Shown piece by piece: positions 9,395 to 22,715 of a DNA stretch of 64,000 nt. The notes beneath the pieces are model-generated. The model saw nothing but the letters and a program-made list of their open reading frames with translations, was not told the origin of the DNA and did no database searches. The DNA is from Omnitrophica WOR_2 bacterium GWF2_43_52 (GTDB taxonomy: Bacteria > Omnitrophota > Gorgyraeia > Gygaellales > UBA12090), in the NCBI GenBank assembly GCA_001805445.1, contig MHGF01000022.1, positions 10,613-74,612 of the forward strand, written 5' to 3'. The position numbers and the translations under genes were made by a program. Each line of letters opens with the position of its first letter. The stretch's first letter is position 1.

Positions 9395-11034
9395 TCATTT
9401 CTTGAAGATTATACCACAAAACCCTGCTAACGCACAACAGGCGAGGATAAAGATATCGCCCAGTCCGGTATAAAGGCTTCCTGTTGCGCGTAAAAAGACA
9501 TCCTGGAATTTTATTCCCGGAATAAAAATTTCTTTTCCGTTTTCTGAAACACGTGCCGTAATTTTACCAGTACCATCAATAAAACAGGATACTCCGGTAT
9601 TCGCCGCGCGCACCAAAGGAACCCTATTTTCAACCGCCCTAAACACCGAAGCGCTCAAATGCTGGAAAGGAGCGGATGTTTTCTGAAACCACGCGTCATT
9701 GGTGATAGTGACCAAAAATGCTGCTCCTTTCTTTACAAAGTTACGCGCCAATTCAGGAATAGTATCTTCAAAACAGATGAGAACGGAAAATATCGCAGAT
9801 CCTTGATTCTTGATTCTTGATGCTTGATTCGCATTATTCGTTGGCAATGAAAATAAAACATACTCCCTCCCGGAAGTAAAATCTCCAATAGGAACTATGG
9901 TTTCCAAGAATTTTAAGGAATTCTTTAAGGGAATATATTCTCCGAAAGGCACAAGGTGAAGCTTATCATAACGGCCCGAAAGCTTGCCTTCTTTATTTAT
10001 CAATAACGCGCTATTAAAATATTCCTCATTTTCTTTTACGACGGTACCAAACAATACAGGTATATTTGTTTTCTCCGCTAACGAAAAAATATGTTCTGCT
10101 ATCCATCTATCGTGCGTATCTCCATAAAATCCGGGGCTTGAAGCCTCCGGCCAGATAATAAGATCGGGATTTTCTAAGGCCGCTTTTTGTGTCAAGTGGG
10201 TATACCTCTCCAAAATGAGCGGCTGCGAACCCAAAGCCCATTTCAACTCTTGAGGAATATTACCCTGGATGAGGGAAAGCTTCACAACGAAGGGCGAAGG
10301 GCGAAGGGCGAAGGACGAAAGATACTGTAATTTTAAAAAACCATATAGTAGATAAATAAATAAAGTTATAATTGTAAAACATATATATCTTTTACTGATG
10401 GCCTTGTGCCCGCCACATTGCTTTGGCGGGCATCCGCCAATGCTTTGTGGCGGATGACTTGGTGACTTGGTGACCACGAAATTATATATCGTTACATTCA
10501 CCATCATTATCACAAACGATACCCCATATACTCCAAAGATATCGGCTATCTGAATTATGGGCAGATTAAGATATTGCGAATACCCCAAGAGCGCCCAGCC
10601 AAAGCCGGTCAACACATGCGAACGCACGTATTCAAGAATAACCCAGACGGAAGGAATAAGAAATAAGACGATGGACGATGCCTGCCTGCCTGTCGGCAAG
10701 GCAGGGACGAGGGACGAAATGATAATGCCGAAGAATCCGAAATATACAGCCAGATAGGCAATAAGGAGAATTTGGCCAAGCAGGGTAACGTGGATGAGCC
10801 AGTAAATAGTTATTGACCAAAAGATTATTCCGCAAAGATAAGATAAAAGAAAGGATTGGAGGCGGCTTTTATTCCGCAAGGCGAGAAATAAGGGAACAAA
10901 ACCAAACCAGGCAAGAATCCAAAGCCTGCCATCACAAAAAGGCAGGGCTGATACTATCCCCGATAAGATACTAAGAACTATACTCTTATATTTTTTGACT
11001 GGTGACGTGGTGACGTGGTGACGTGGTGACCTAT

Positions 11035-11050
<16 letters not shown>
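9395..11050 (-). CDS. lnt: Apolipoprotein N-acyltransferase (start uncertain; several in-frame repeat insertions)
   Basis: [39 protein letters not shown]. Confidence 0.95.
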
Positions 11051-13947
<2,897 letters not shown>

Positions 13948-13950
13948 AGG

Positions 13951-14044
13951 AACACGAATAGGCACGAATCGCACACAAATCCACACAAATTGTCCCCGCA
14001 ATAATTCGCGGGAATTCGTGTGTAATGTGTGTTAATTCGTGTTG
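13951..14044. repeat. CACGAAT foldback array
   Basis: Direct then inverted ~10-bp units filling the prfB-secA gap. Confidence 0.85.
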
Positions 14045-14049
14045 CTTAC

Positions 14050-15151
14050 TCAATATTTTACCTTCTGCATTTTTAAATATGCCTCTATAAACTCTTCCAA
14101 TTTTCCGTCCATGACCGCGTGCACATTGCCGGTTTCATAGTCAGTGCGATGGTCCTTCACCATACTATAGGGATGCATCACGTACGAACGCACCTGGCTT
14201 CCCCATTCAATCCTCTGTTTCTGGGAATACTGGGCCTGCAGTTTCTCCTCCTGCTTGCGCCGCTGGTCTTCATAGAGGCGCGCCTTCAGAATTTTAAGGG
14301 CAGTCTGCTTATTCTGAAACTGCGAGCGTTCATTCTGGCACTGCGCTACGACACCTGTGGGAATATGGGTAATCCTTACTGCGGAATCTGTGGTATTTAC
14401 CGACTGCCCTCCGGGGCCGCTGGAGCGATAGACGTCAATCCTCAAGTCTTTTTCTTCAACCTTGATATCTATTTCATCTGAAATCTGGGGCACCACATCC
14501 ACGGAAGCAAACGAGGTATGCCTGCGCTTATTGGCATCAAACGGCGATATGCGCACCAGCCGATGCACGCCAGACTCTGCCTTCAGATACCCGTACGCGT
14601 AGGCTCCTTCAATAAGCAACGTTACATTTTTTATCCCCGCTTCTTCTCCTTCAAGCATATCAATAGTTTTAACTTTATAGCCTTTGCCTTCGGCGAAGCG
14701 GCAATACATGCGCATAAGCATCTGTGCCCAATCGCAGGATTCAGTGCCGCCTGCCCCCGCGTTGATGGACAAAATCGCGCCGAGAGCGTCAAATTCACCG
14801 CTTAGCAAAAGCTTAAACTCTAAGGAGTCAATCCCTTTTACAATACTCTCTAAGTCCTTTTGTAAATCTGAAATTAATGACGCGTCTTTACTAGTGGCTA
14901 ACTCGGCTAAGTCCTGTAAGTCTTTGAGTTTACCCTGAATCTCATGAAACGGCTGTACCTTGGCTCTAAGAAGTTTTAGTTCCGCGATAATCTTGGTTGA
15001 CTTTTGGCTATCCTGCCAGAAATCAGACGCTGTCATCAGGGTATTCAATTCATTGATACGCGTTTCTACGGCAGGCGCGTCAAAGATACCCCCTTAGCTC
15101 GTTAAGCCTTTTGTTTAACTGTGCCAATGCCGCTTTAATTTCTTCTATCAC
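14050..15151 (-). CDS. prfB: Peptide chain release factor 2 with programmed +1 frameshift
   Basis: GTG start at 15151, MIEEIKAA...RGYL, then AGGGGG-TAT-CTT-TGA-C at 15094-15079; SPF and GGQ motifs. Confidence 0.97.
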
Positions 15152-15192
15152 TAAAAACTCCTATAATATGTTTTATAAGCTAAGTTAATTGT

Positions 15193-15301
15193 GGTTATCA
15201 GAAAATCAGGGTATCAGGATTTGGGTATCGGGATATCAGGTTTGTTTTTAACCCCCTACCTTCCGATTCCCTGATCCCCAAATCCCAATCTCCTGATAAC
15301 C
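15193..15301. repeat. Foldback array of ~8-bp ATCAGG units
   Basis: GGTTATCAG...CTGATAACC termini with internal ATCAGG/CCTGAT units. Confidence 0.7.
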
Positions 15302-15332
15302 TACTATCCGCTTTTAACATAACACTACCCCA

Positions 15333-16403
15333 CTATCTTTTAATCCCCTTTATCATCAACTCAAACTCATCCTTATTATCGCTGAATTGCTTTGCCTCTT
15401 CCACCGTAACCTTTCCTTCTTTAACTAACTTGGCAAGCGATTGATTAAAGCTCTGCATGCCGAATATTCCGCCGTCTTCCAAATAGCGGGGAATCTCCCA
15501 TACCTTGCGCTCACGAATGAGGCGGGCAATGGTAGGAGTAAGCACCATAGACTCATACGCGGGCTCCCGGCCGGAGCCTTCTTTTAAAGGAATCAGCCTC
15601 AAAGAAATAACACCCTTTAATAATCCTGAAAGCTGTATCGCTATCTGTTCATGCTGATAAGGCGGGAAAAAGTTGATAATGCGTTCAACGGTTTGCGCCG
15701 CGTTAATAGTATGCAGGGTGCTTAACACCAACACCCCTGTCTCGGCAGCAGTCAAGGCCGCGGCCATAGTTTCATGGTCACGGATATTCCCGACATAAAT
15801 CACATCGGGGCTTTGCAGGGTAAACGCCCGAAGCGCGATGCCATAACTATAAACATCGGGGCCGAGTTCACGCTGATTAATAACCGATAATTGGTCGGTA
15901 AAGGTAAATTCTATCGGCTCTTCTACCGTAAGGATATGTTTTTTTGTATGCACATTGATATGTTCAATCATTGAGGCAATGGCAGTCGACTTACCTGAAC
16001 CCATCGAGCCTGTTAAAAGCACCAAGCCTCTCTTTTCTGTAGCTAATTTCTCAAAAACCTCATTGGGCAGGTTTAGTTCCTTGAAAGACTTTATATATTG
16101 ATTCACCTGGCGCACTACGATAGAGGCGGTATTGCGCTGCATAAAGATACTGACGCGAAAACGCTGTTTTTTATCTTCAAGGAACATGCCATAATCGATA
16201 TCTTTGTGTTCCCGAAACGCGGCCCGCTGGCTTTCCGAGGTTATCTGCTCAAGAGCCTGAAGGACATCTTCCACGCTCAAGTCATTTTCTGAAACAGGGA
16301 CAATCTGTCCGTCAATGCGCATATGCACAGGGCCGCCGGCACGGTAAAAAAGGTCCGAGGCGTTCCTGTCACTCATTGTTCTCAGATAATCTTTAATTGT
16401 CAT
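15333..16403 (-). CDS. PilT/PilU family type IV pilus retraction ATPase
   Basis: GSMGSGKST, INQRE, AETGVLVLSTLHT; start MTIKDY. Confidence 0.92.
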   Translation of the reverse strand: MTIKDYLRTMSDRNASDLFYRAGGPVHMRIDGQIVPVSENDLSVEDVLQALEQITSESQRAAFREHKDIDYGMFLEDKKQRFRVSIFMQRNTASIVVRQVNQYIKSFKELNLPNEVFEKLATEKRGLVLLTGSMGSGKSTAIASMIEHINVHTKKHILTVEEPIEFTFTDQLSVINQRELGPDVYSYGIALRAFTLQSPDVIYVGNIRDHETMAAALTAAETGVLVLSTLHTINAAQTVERIINFFPPYQHEQIAIQLSGLLKGVISLRLIPLKEGSGREPAYESMVLTPTIARLIRERKVWEIPRYLEDGGIFGMQSFNQSLAKLVKEGKVTVEEAKQFSDNKDEFELMIKGIKR

Positions 16404-16414
16404 ATACCCTCTCT

Positions 16415-16720
16415 TTGTAACCGCAGAAACGCAGAATATTTGTAAAATGCCTTGTTTGCAAAAAACGCAGAAAGCTGCTCTATGGCTTTTGCACACATCG
16501 TTTTTCCTTAGCGGCTCTGCGAAAGCTACTATTTTTATTAATTACTTTGCGCGTCTGCGGTTACTATACCTCTTTTTTACGGTTTAGGCAAAATATATTT
16601 TTGTAACCGCAGAAGCGCAGAATGCTTGTTACGTAGCTTGTTTGCAGAAAACGCGGAAAAATTGCTTCATGGCTTTTGCATACATCATTTCTCTTTAGTT
16701 ACTCTGCGTAATCCGCGGTT
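16415..16720. repeat. Two diverged tandem copies of a ~110-150 bp CGCAGA foldback element
   Basis: TTGTAACCGCAGAA(A/G)CGCAGAA...ATGGCTTTTGCA...CTCTGCG...GCGGTT at ~16415 and ~16601. Confidence 0.75.
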
Positions 16721-17077
16721 CTTTAGCCGTTTCTCAAACTCAATCAGCTGCTTCTTTATCTCTTGCCCTTGCGAATACTGGCCTATCTCGCCGTTAGACT
16801 TCACCACCCGATGACAGGGAATAATAAAAGGATAGGGATTTTTCCTTAAGGCGCTTCCTACCGCCCTTATCGCTTTTGGCGCGCCTATACGCTTGGCAAT
16901 CCAACGATATGTTCTTAGCTCCCCAAAAGGAATTTTTAAGGTGGCTTCAAAAACCCTCAGCTGGAAATCCGTCAAGCGAAATCCGCCTCTGGCGTTTTGA
17001 TTTTGCTTGATCCTGAGCGCGGCCGGAGGATTTCCAATTTTCTGATTACGTTTCCGGATTTTCGGCTTTTTCATCAC
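16685..17077 (-). CDS. MGMT/Ogt family alkyltransferase (C-terminal domain only)
   Basis: IPFGELRTY, RAVGSAL, IPCHRVV. Confidence 0.9.
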   Translation of the reverse strand: MMKKPKIRKRNQKIGNPPAALRIKQNQNARGGFRLTDFQLRVFEATLKIPFGELRTYRWIAKRIGAPKAIRAVGSALRKNPYPFIIPCHRVVKSNGEIGQYSQGQEIKKQLIEFEKRLKNRGLRRVTKEK

Positions 17078-18306
17078 GAAAACATTCTTTTCTTTCTTAA
17101 CAAACGATGGTACTTTAAAGCAAATCTATGAGATTCATCACGAATATGCTGAATCAAACGAAGCGCGGCCGAATCTCTTCTTAGTTTTATTGGTTGAGGC
17201 GCCGCCAGGGTATACATCACTTCTTCTTTCTTTGCCAAACTAATGATCGGTATAGTAAGACCTACAGTGTCTAATTCCTTTTTCGCTGCCGACAACTGTC
17301 CTTTGCCGCCGTCAACGACAATTAAATCCGGGAAAGGCCCCTGTTCCGCTTTTAGCCGATTATACCGCCGATAAATAGCTTCTGCCATCATTCTGTAATC
17401 ATCGCTCTGTGTAACCATCTTAATCCTGAACCTGCGGTAATTATCCTTATCGGCTACACCATTGTAAAAAGATACCATTGAAGCGGTTGCCTGTCTACCT
17501 AAAATAGTGGAGACATCAAAAGCCTCTATCCTGCGCGGCATAACAGACAGCCCCAAAACTTCTCTTACCTCACTCAGCGCTGCATCCGCGTTATATAAGG
17601 ATGGCCTCAACGTGCTTAAAGCAATCATCTTATCCCGTAACTGAGCTGCCTCTTCAAACTTATGCTCCCTGGCTTTTAACTCCATTTCCTGAGCAAGCGC
17701 TTTGCTTAACTCATCGCTCTTGCCTTCTAGAATCAGGCTGATGTGCTTTATGGTTTTCGCGTAGCCTGCCTTACTGATTTTCCCAATACAAGGAGCGGGC
17801 GAAAGTTTTATGCGATAATAAATACAGGCTTTTTTGGGAAGCACCTTACAGGAACGGTAAGGGAAACTGCGGCGGATAATCTTTAACGCCTCTTTCAATA
17901 AGCCAGCGCTGATATAGGGGCCGAAATAGGCAGCTCCATTATCCTCGCGTTTACGGGTCACATAAATCGCGGGAAATTCCTCATTGGTAATTTTGACGAA
18001 GGGAAAGCTCTTATCATCCCGAAGCGAAACGTTATATTTTGGCTTATATTCTTTGATAAGGCTTGCCTCTAAAAAAAGCGCCATGCTTTCGCTTGGGCAA
18101 AGCCGGTATTCTATATCCGTAACATTGCTCATCAGCCGCGTGGTCTTTGCCGAAAGCTCGCGCGCTAAATAACTGCTCACGCGTTTTCGAAGCGAAAGTG
18201 CCTTACCGATATAGATAATCGCGCCCAAGGCATCTTTCATCACATACACCCCTGGAGAATCCGGCATTGCGGCGATTTTTGATTTGAGCGTAGTGCTAGT
18301 ATTCAT
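17074..18306 (-). CDS. uvrC: Excinuclease ABC subunit C (short, no C-terminal HhH)
   Basis: PGVY...IYIGKA GIY-YIG, FEEAAQLRD UVR, PDLIVVDGGKGQL, IRDESHRFA. Confidence 0.88.
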   Translation of the reverse strand: MNTSTTLKSKIAAMPDSPGVYVMKDALGAIIYIGKALSLRKRVSSYLARELSAKTTRLMSNVTDIEYRLCPSESMALFLEASLIKEYKPKYNVSLRDDKSFPFVKITNEEFPAIYVTRKREDNGAAYFGPYISAGLLKEALKIIRRSFPYRSCKVLPKKACIYYRIKLSPAPCIGKISKAGYAKTIKHISLILEGKSDELSKALAQEMELKAREHKFEEAAQLRDKMIALSTLRPSLYNADAALSEVREVLGLSVMPRRIEAFDVSTILGRQATASMVSFYNGVADKDNYRRFRIKMVTQSDDYRMMAEAIYRRYNRLKAEQGPFPDLIVVDGGKGQLSAAKKELDTVGLTIPIISLAKKEEVMYTLAAPQPIKLRRDSAALRLIQHIRDESHRFALKYHRLLRKKRMFS

Positions 18307-18359
18307 TGAGTACTGTAACCATTCTATCTGCTTTTACTCCGAGCAAATTTTTGTAGGAA

Positions 18360-19976
18360 TTAAATAGTTCGATCCCGCCTCATCCATTTCCATAACTGCC
18401 CTATCTCGTTGACCCGGAATATAAAGCAAAAAATAACATAAGAGGCTAACCCTGAGATAATAGAGAAACTTAAGCTTACTACTTTATGGAAAGCCGCGGT
18501 TTTTACAGAAACAAAATAACACACGGCACCCATACATACGCTTGCGATAAGAATCCTGGCGAAAGAATCCGCAATCTCATTCACCTTAAGGCCGCCGAGC
18601 CGTTTTTTCAAAATCACAAAAAGAATCAAAAATGTGTTAATGCCCGAGAGAGAGGTCGCTAACGCGATGCCACCTATTTTAAACGGTACTATAAGCAGGG
18701 CATTGAGTATCACGTTGCTGACCAGCGCCACTAATGCCGCTTTAGTCGGCGTCACCGTATCTTTGAGGGCAAAGAACGCGGACTGCAAAACCTTGGTTGC
18801 CCCATAGCTCGACAAGCCAATGCTATAGAAGAATAAGGCTGATGAGGTTTGCTGTATTGAGTAGGCATCAAACCTTTTTCCGCCGAAAAGGGCCGCGATA
18901 ATTGGCGTAGACAGCGCCATAAAGGCTGCTGAGGCAGGCAGCATCACGAAAAATACACAGCGCAGGCCCCAGGAAAGCGTATGCCTTAATGTATCGTGAG
19001 TATCTTCCAATACCTGCGTGGAAAACGCCGGCAGTATCGCCTGTGAAAGGGCATTGCTGAAAATCCCTAAAGGAAATTGGATTAACCTATAGGAAAAATA
19101 CAATACCGCCACCCCCCCTTCTCCTACTATCCGCGCCAATGAGCCGAATATGGAGTCCACAAAATTATTTAATTGATAAATACTTGAGCTTACCACACGC
19201 GGCGCCATAAGCCTGCCTACCGCGCCTGCCCCGGGATGCTTAAATCGCTTAAACAATGTAAGCCGGAATCCCTTTTTATATAAAACCGGGATTTGCACTG
19301 CCAACTGCAAGAACCCTCCGATCAAAACGCCTGATGCCAAGCCCGCTGTCCTCTCGCCAAATAAAAGGGCACAGATAATAATTGCAATGTTCATCAGGCA
19401 CGGCGCGAAGGCGGAAATAGAAAAGTGCTTTAAGGTGTTAAGGATTCCCATCGCGTACGCGGCCAAACCGGCCAGAAGGATATAAGGGAAAAGCAATCGC
19501 GTCAACCGTATGGTAGTTTCTAACTTTTCCGGTGAGGCAATAAACCCAGGGGCGATAAGCCGCACAATAACCGGCGCAAAGGCGATTCCCAGGATAGTGA
19601 GAGACATAAGGATAACCAGCATACTATTGAGCAAGCAGTTTACCAGCTCCCAGAATTCTTCTTTTGTGTGTTTGGCATTATATTCGCTCAATACCGGTAC
19701 AAAGGCGGCGTTGGCAGCGCCTTCTCCCACTAAATCCCGCAGGAGATTAGGAATCTTAAAAGCAATGACAAATGCCTGGGCATAAAGGTATACGCCAAAC
19801 ATTCGGGCTATCACCACATCCCTGATAAACCCCAGGATACGCGAGCATAGCGTAAAAAGGCCGATTATAGAGGCTGATCTGGCTATGGTTCGATTAGACT
19901 CACCATCAGCCCTAAGCGGCTTGTGGTGAGCGAAGTCGAACCAAGTCGAATGGGCTATATCTTTATTGGTTGACAT
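18360..19976 (-). CDS. murJ: Lipid II flippase MurJ, with 24-aa N-terminal insertion
   Basis: SRILGFIRD, AFKIPNLLR...EGA, RLIQFPLG. Confidence 0.95.
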   Translation of the reverse strand: MSTNKDIAHSTWFDFAHHKPLRADGESNRTIARSASIIGLFTLCSRILGFIRDVVIARMFGVYLYAQAFVIAFKIPNLLRDLVGEGAANAAFVPVLSEYNAKHTKEEFWELVNCLLNSMLVILMSLTILGIAFAPVIVRLIAPGFIASPEKLETTIRLTRLLFPYILLAGLAAYAMGILNTLKHFSISAFAPCLMNIAIIICALLFGERTAGLASGVLIGGFLQLAVQIPVLYKKGFRLTLFKRFKHPGAGAVGRLMAPRVVSSSIYQLNNFVDSIFGSLARIVGEGGVAVLYFSYRLIQFPLGIFSNALSQAILPAFSTQVLEDTHDTLRHTLSWGLRCVFFVMLPASAAFMALSTPIIAALFGGKRFDAYSIQQTSSALFFYSIGLSSYGATKVLQSAFFALKDTVTPTKAALVALVSNVILNALLIVPFKIGGIALATSLSGINTFLILFVILKKRLGGLKVNEIADSFARILIASVCMGAVCYFVSVKTAAFHKVVSLSFSIISGLASYVIFCFIFRVNEIGQLWKWMRRDRTI

Positions 19977-20132
19977 CTTCAAGAAGATATGTTATATATA
20001 ATATGTTTTTAAGTTTAGGAACTGAGTTTGTTTAATGTTTAATTATAAGTGTTGGATTTTCTATTTTAATTCATACCTTATAACTTCTCATTTATAATTT
20101 TCAATCTACAATTTACTTAACCGGAGGATGTA

Positions 20133-20405
20133 ATGGCTCAACGTAGACGTCAATCGCTCAAAGCACAGCGTAAAGACAAAAAAAGACACACCAAAAATGT
20201 TCAGATTAAAACCGCGATAAAGAAATCCCTCAAAGAATTGCAGGCAGCCTTAACCAGTAAAAATAGCGACGCGGCTAAAAAATGCCTTCGAGCAGTTACG
20301 TCCAAGCTTGCCAAAGCCGCCAAAAAGGATATTATTCACAAGAATGCCGCCCAGCGTAAAATTTCCCGCTTAAGTAAACGCGTCGTAACCCTCACTGCTT
20401 CATAA
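20133..20405 (+). CDS. rpsT: 30S ribosomal protein S20
   Basis: IIHKNAAQRKISRL, basic 90 aa, SD GGAGG. Confidence 0.95.
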   Translation: MAQRRRQSLKAQRKDKKRHTKNVQIKTAIKKSLKELQAALTSKNSDAAKKCLRAVTSKLAKAAKKDIIHKNAAQRKISRLSKRVVTLTAS

Positions 20406-20415
20406 AGAACCAGAA

Positions 20416-21051
20416 TTAACGGCAGAGTTTAACGACTAACATTTCTAAAGCAAATTCCGGCTTGAGCTTGCCGGTTTTGAGATTGACATCTGTTTCTAAT
20501 AGGAAGTTTACTTTTTTTCTTTTATCTTCAAGAGTACTGCTCTGTTTCACCAGTTGATAGCGCAGCCCGCCAAGGATCCGCTCCGCTTTTTCTCCCGCCT
20601 TAAATAAATCTGCTAAAAGAACTAATGCCGAGTCAGCATTCTTTTTCTCTATTGCCCGCGCTAAGCTAAAGGCATTAACGCTCCCTGCCGTTTTAAAATG
20701 CGCCACTTCGGTAATTTTCAGCATGTGGCTTAAGAATATATTTCTTTCCTCCGGCATGCGCCCCACATCAAAAACAATAGTACTCTTTTCCGCCTGTGCC
20801 TTGAGATGGTTAACGCAATATTCCTGAAGCGCGCTTTTTAACTTAAGCATATCCTTAATCACCAAGAGCCGGTTTTTTGCCCTGACAGGAATACGGCCGA
20901 GCGCCTGCGTCAATAAAGGCAAAGTTAATTCTTTAGCCGAAAAAACATCGTAGTTAAAAGGCTCTAATTCCGGGGGGAATAATTGTTTCTTCAAAGACTG
21001 GATTTTTTCTTGTTTGGCGAGTTCGTCTTCACCGATAAGGAGGTACATCAT
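20416..21051 (-). CDS. holA: DNA polymerase III delta-like (short HolA)
   Basis: YLLIGED, FNYDVF, D..LKTG...ALE; conserved lptE-holA-rpsT context. Confidence 0.7.
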   Translation of the reverse strand: MMYLLIGEDELAKQEKIQSLKKQLFPPELEPFNYDVFSAKELTLPLLTQALGRIPVRAKNRLLVIKDMLKLKSALQEYCVNHLKAQAEKSTIVFDVGRMPEERNIFLSHMLKITEVAHFKTAGSVNAFSLARAIEKKNADSALVLLADLFKAGEKAERILGGLRYQLVKQSSTLEDKRKKVNFLLETDVNLKTGKLKPEFALEMLVVKLCR

Positions 21052-21108
21052 CTCAAGCTACTCTGGAGGCAATAGTAGTGTCTGCTGGAAGGAGAAATAA
21101 AACCTTTA

Positions 21109-21663
21109 CTACCAATTTTCAACCGTGCGTTCAATCACTCGGCGTGCCAGGTCACTAATAGCATCATCCAGGGCGGTTGCTTCGGTTTTGGCCTGAGCGC
21201 CGCTGGTAAAATAGGTGGCATCCCCCACAAAATTCGGTTCATCCCACACCGGATTTTCTTGGCCTTGCTTAGAGAGTGTCAGATGCATAATCAGGCTGAT
21301 ACGATATTCCGCGACATCCTCCTGATTATTCTCATAACGAAGCGCGTCCCGCTGATAATCAATAAGCTCACCTTTTAAGATTAAATCCGCGGCTTCCTTA
21401 TCCGCGATACGTAATCCGCCGTCAGACATAAAGCGGTTTATGACCGCGGTACGCAGATCATTCTCCATAAGAGGATGATACGTTCTATACCTTTGAGAGA
21501 GGCTCGTGGCATTTTCGGAAAGGATATCAACCTTATTGGCAAAGGGTTCGACATAGATTGTCTTCTCTACGCCTCGATATAAGGAATGGGTCGTATACCC
21601 GCAACCGAAAAGAGTAGAAAGTAGTAAGTAGTAAGTAGTAAGTAAGGAAAGTTTTGCCTTCAT
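21109..21663 (-). CDS. lptE: LptE family lipoprotein
   Basis: FGCGY lipobox, TIYVEPF, ADLILKG, VENW end. Confidence 0.8.
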   Translation of the reverse strand: MKAKLSLLTTYYLLLSTLFGCGYTTHSLYRGVEKTIYVEPFANKVDILSENATSLSQRYRTYHPLMENDLRTAVINRFMSDGGLRIADKEAADLILKGELIDYQRDALRYENNQEDVAEYRISLIMHLTLSKQGQENPVWDEPNFVGDATYFTSGAQAKTEATALDDAISDLARRVIERTVENW

Positions 21664-22604
21664 TTTTTCTCCAATTCTTTTAATTTCTCCCGCGCCTGGG
21701 TAGCGCTTGCGCAATAGGAACAATTAGCCACTATTTCCCGATAATAAATACGGGCAGAGTCGTATTGTTTCTGTTTCTCATAGAATTCCGCTATTTTAAG
21801 GTTGCCCTCCGCCTCTTTTTCTTTCAGGCTGTCAATCTGGCTCTTGGCCTCTTCCTGCAGTGCTTCGTCAGGGTGTGATTTCACAAACTCCTCAAACTTT
21901 CGTTTTGCTTCCTGGGTCAATTCCTGGTCATATTCTGCTTTCGGGGCAATTCTATTAGCGCAATCGGCTACCTGAAACTTCGCGGGAGAAGACCACTCGT
22001 CTTCCGGATACGTAGTCACCACCTTTTCAAACTCATCCCGTGCCTCCTGATAACGGTTGAGATTCTTTAAGGTCATCCCCAAAAGATACTGGGCATGAGC
22101 GGCATGCTTTCCGTAAGGGGAATTCTCGACTACTTTCCGGAATATCTCAATAGAAGGGTTCTCAACCGGAAGTTCTAACCCCAGGGCCTTACGCTTCTCA
22201 CCTGACATAAATGCCTGCCCTATCGTAAGTTGACGCTCTATAATTTCATCTATCCGGGCGCTAAATGGATATTTATCAATGACTTTTTGATATGCCTTAT
22301 ACGCCTCGAAAGGTTTACGCGTAGCTTCAAAGGTTAACCCCAGGTAAAATTGCGCCTCAGAAGCCTCGTAAGCCTTAGGATAATACTTGATAAGTTTCTT
22401 GCATTCCTCAATGGCTTCCTGATATTTTGTTCTATCATAAAACTCCTGAATAAGCTTTAATTGCTCTTTGGGAGTGGGCTTAACGCTTTGTTTCGGATTT
22501 TTCCACTGGCTTGTCTTCGGGCTCCAGATCCAAAAACCATAACTTGGCCTCACCAACAACGAAAAAACGCTCAACCAGATAAGGGTAAAAATCACTTTTT
22601 TCAT
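21660..22604 (-). CDS. bamD: BamD-like TPR outer-membrane assembly protein
   Basis: TPR repeats with YP motifs, YDQ..T..A, IAEFYEK. Confidence 0.75.
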   Translation of the reverse strand: MKKVIFTLIWLSVFSLLVRPSYGFWIWSPKTSQWKNPKQSVKPTPKEQLKLIQEFYDRTKYQEAIEECKKLIKYYPKAYEASEAQFYLGLTFEATRKPFEAYKAYQKVIDKYPFSARIDEIIERQLTIGQAFMSGEKRKALGLELPVENPSIEIFRKVVENSPYGKHAAHAQYLLGMTLKNLNRYQEARDEFEKVVTTYPEDEWSSPAKFQVADCANRIAPKAEYDQELTQEAKRKFEEFVKSHPDEALQEEAKSQIDSLKEKEAEGNLKIAEFYEKQKQYDSARIYYREIVANCSYCASATQAREKLKELEKK

Positions 22605-22715
22605 AGCCTTACTCTATCATATCATAGATACTTTGTCAACGCGGCAAAGCCGGGGCCGCTCTTAGTATTCATTAACAAGCTAGGCTCACGCGACAACGAC
22701 TGGCTAAAGGGTAGG

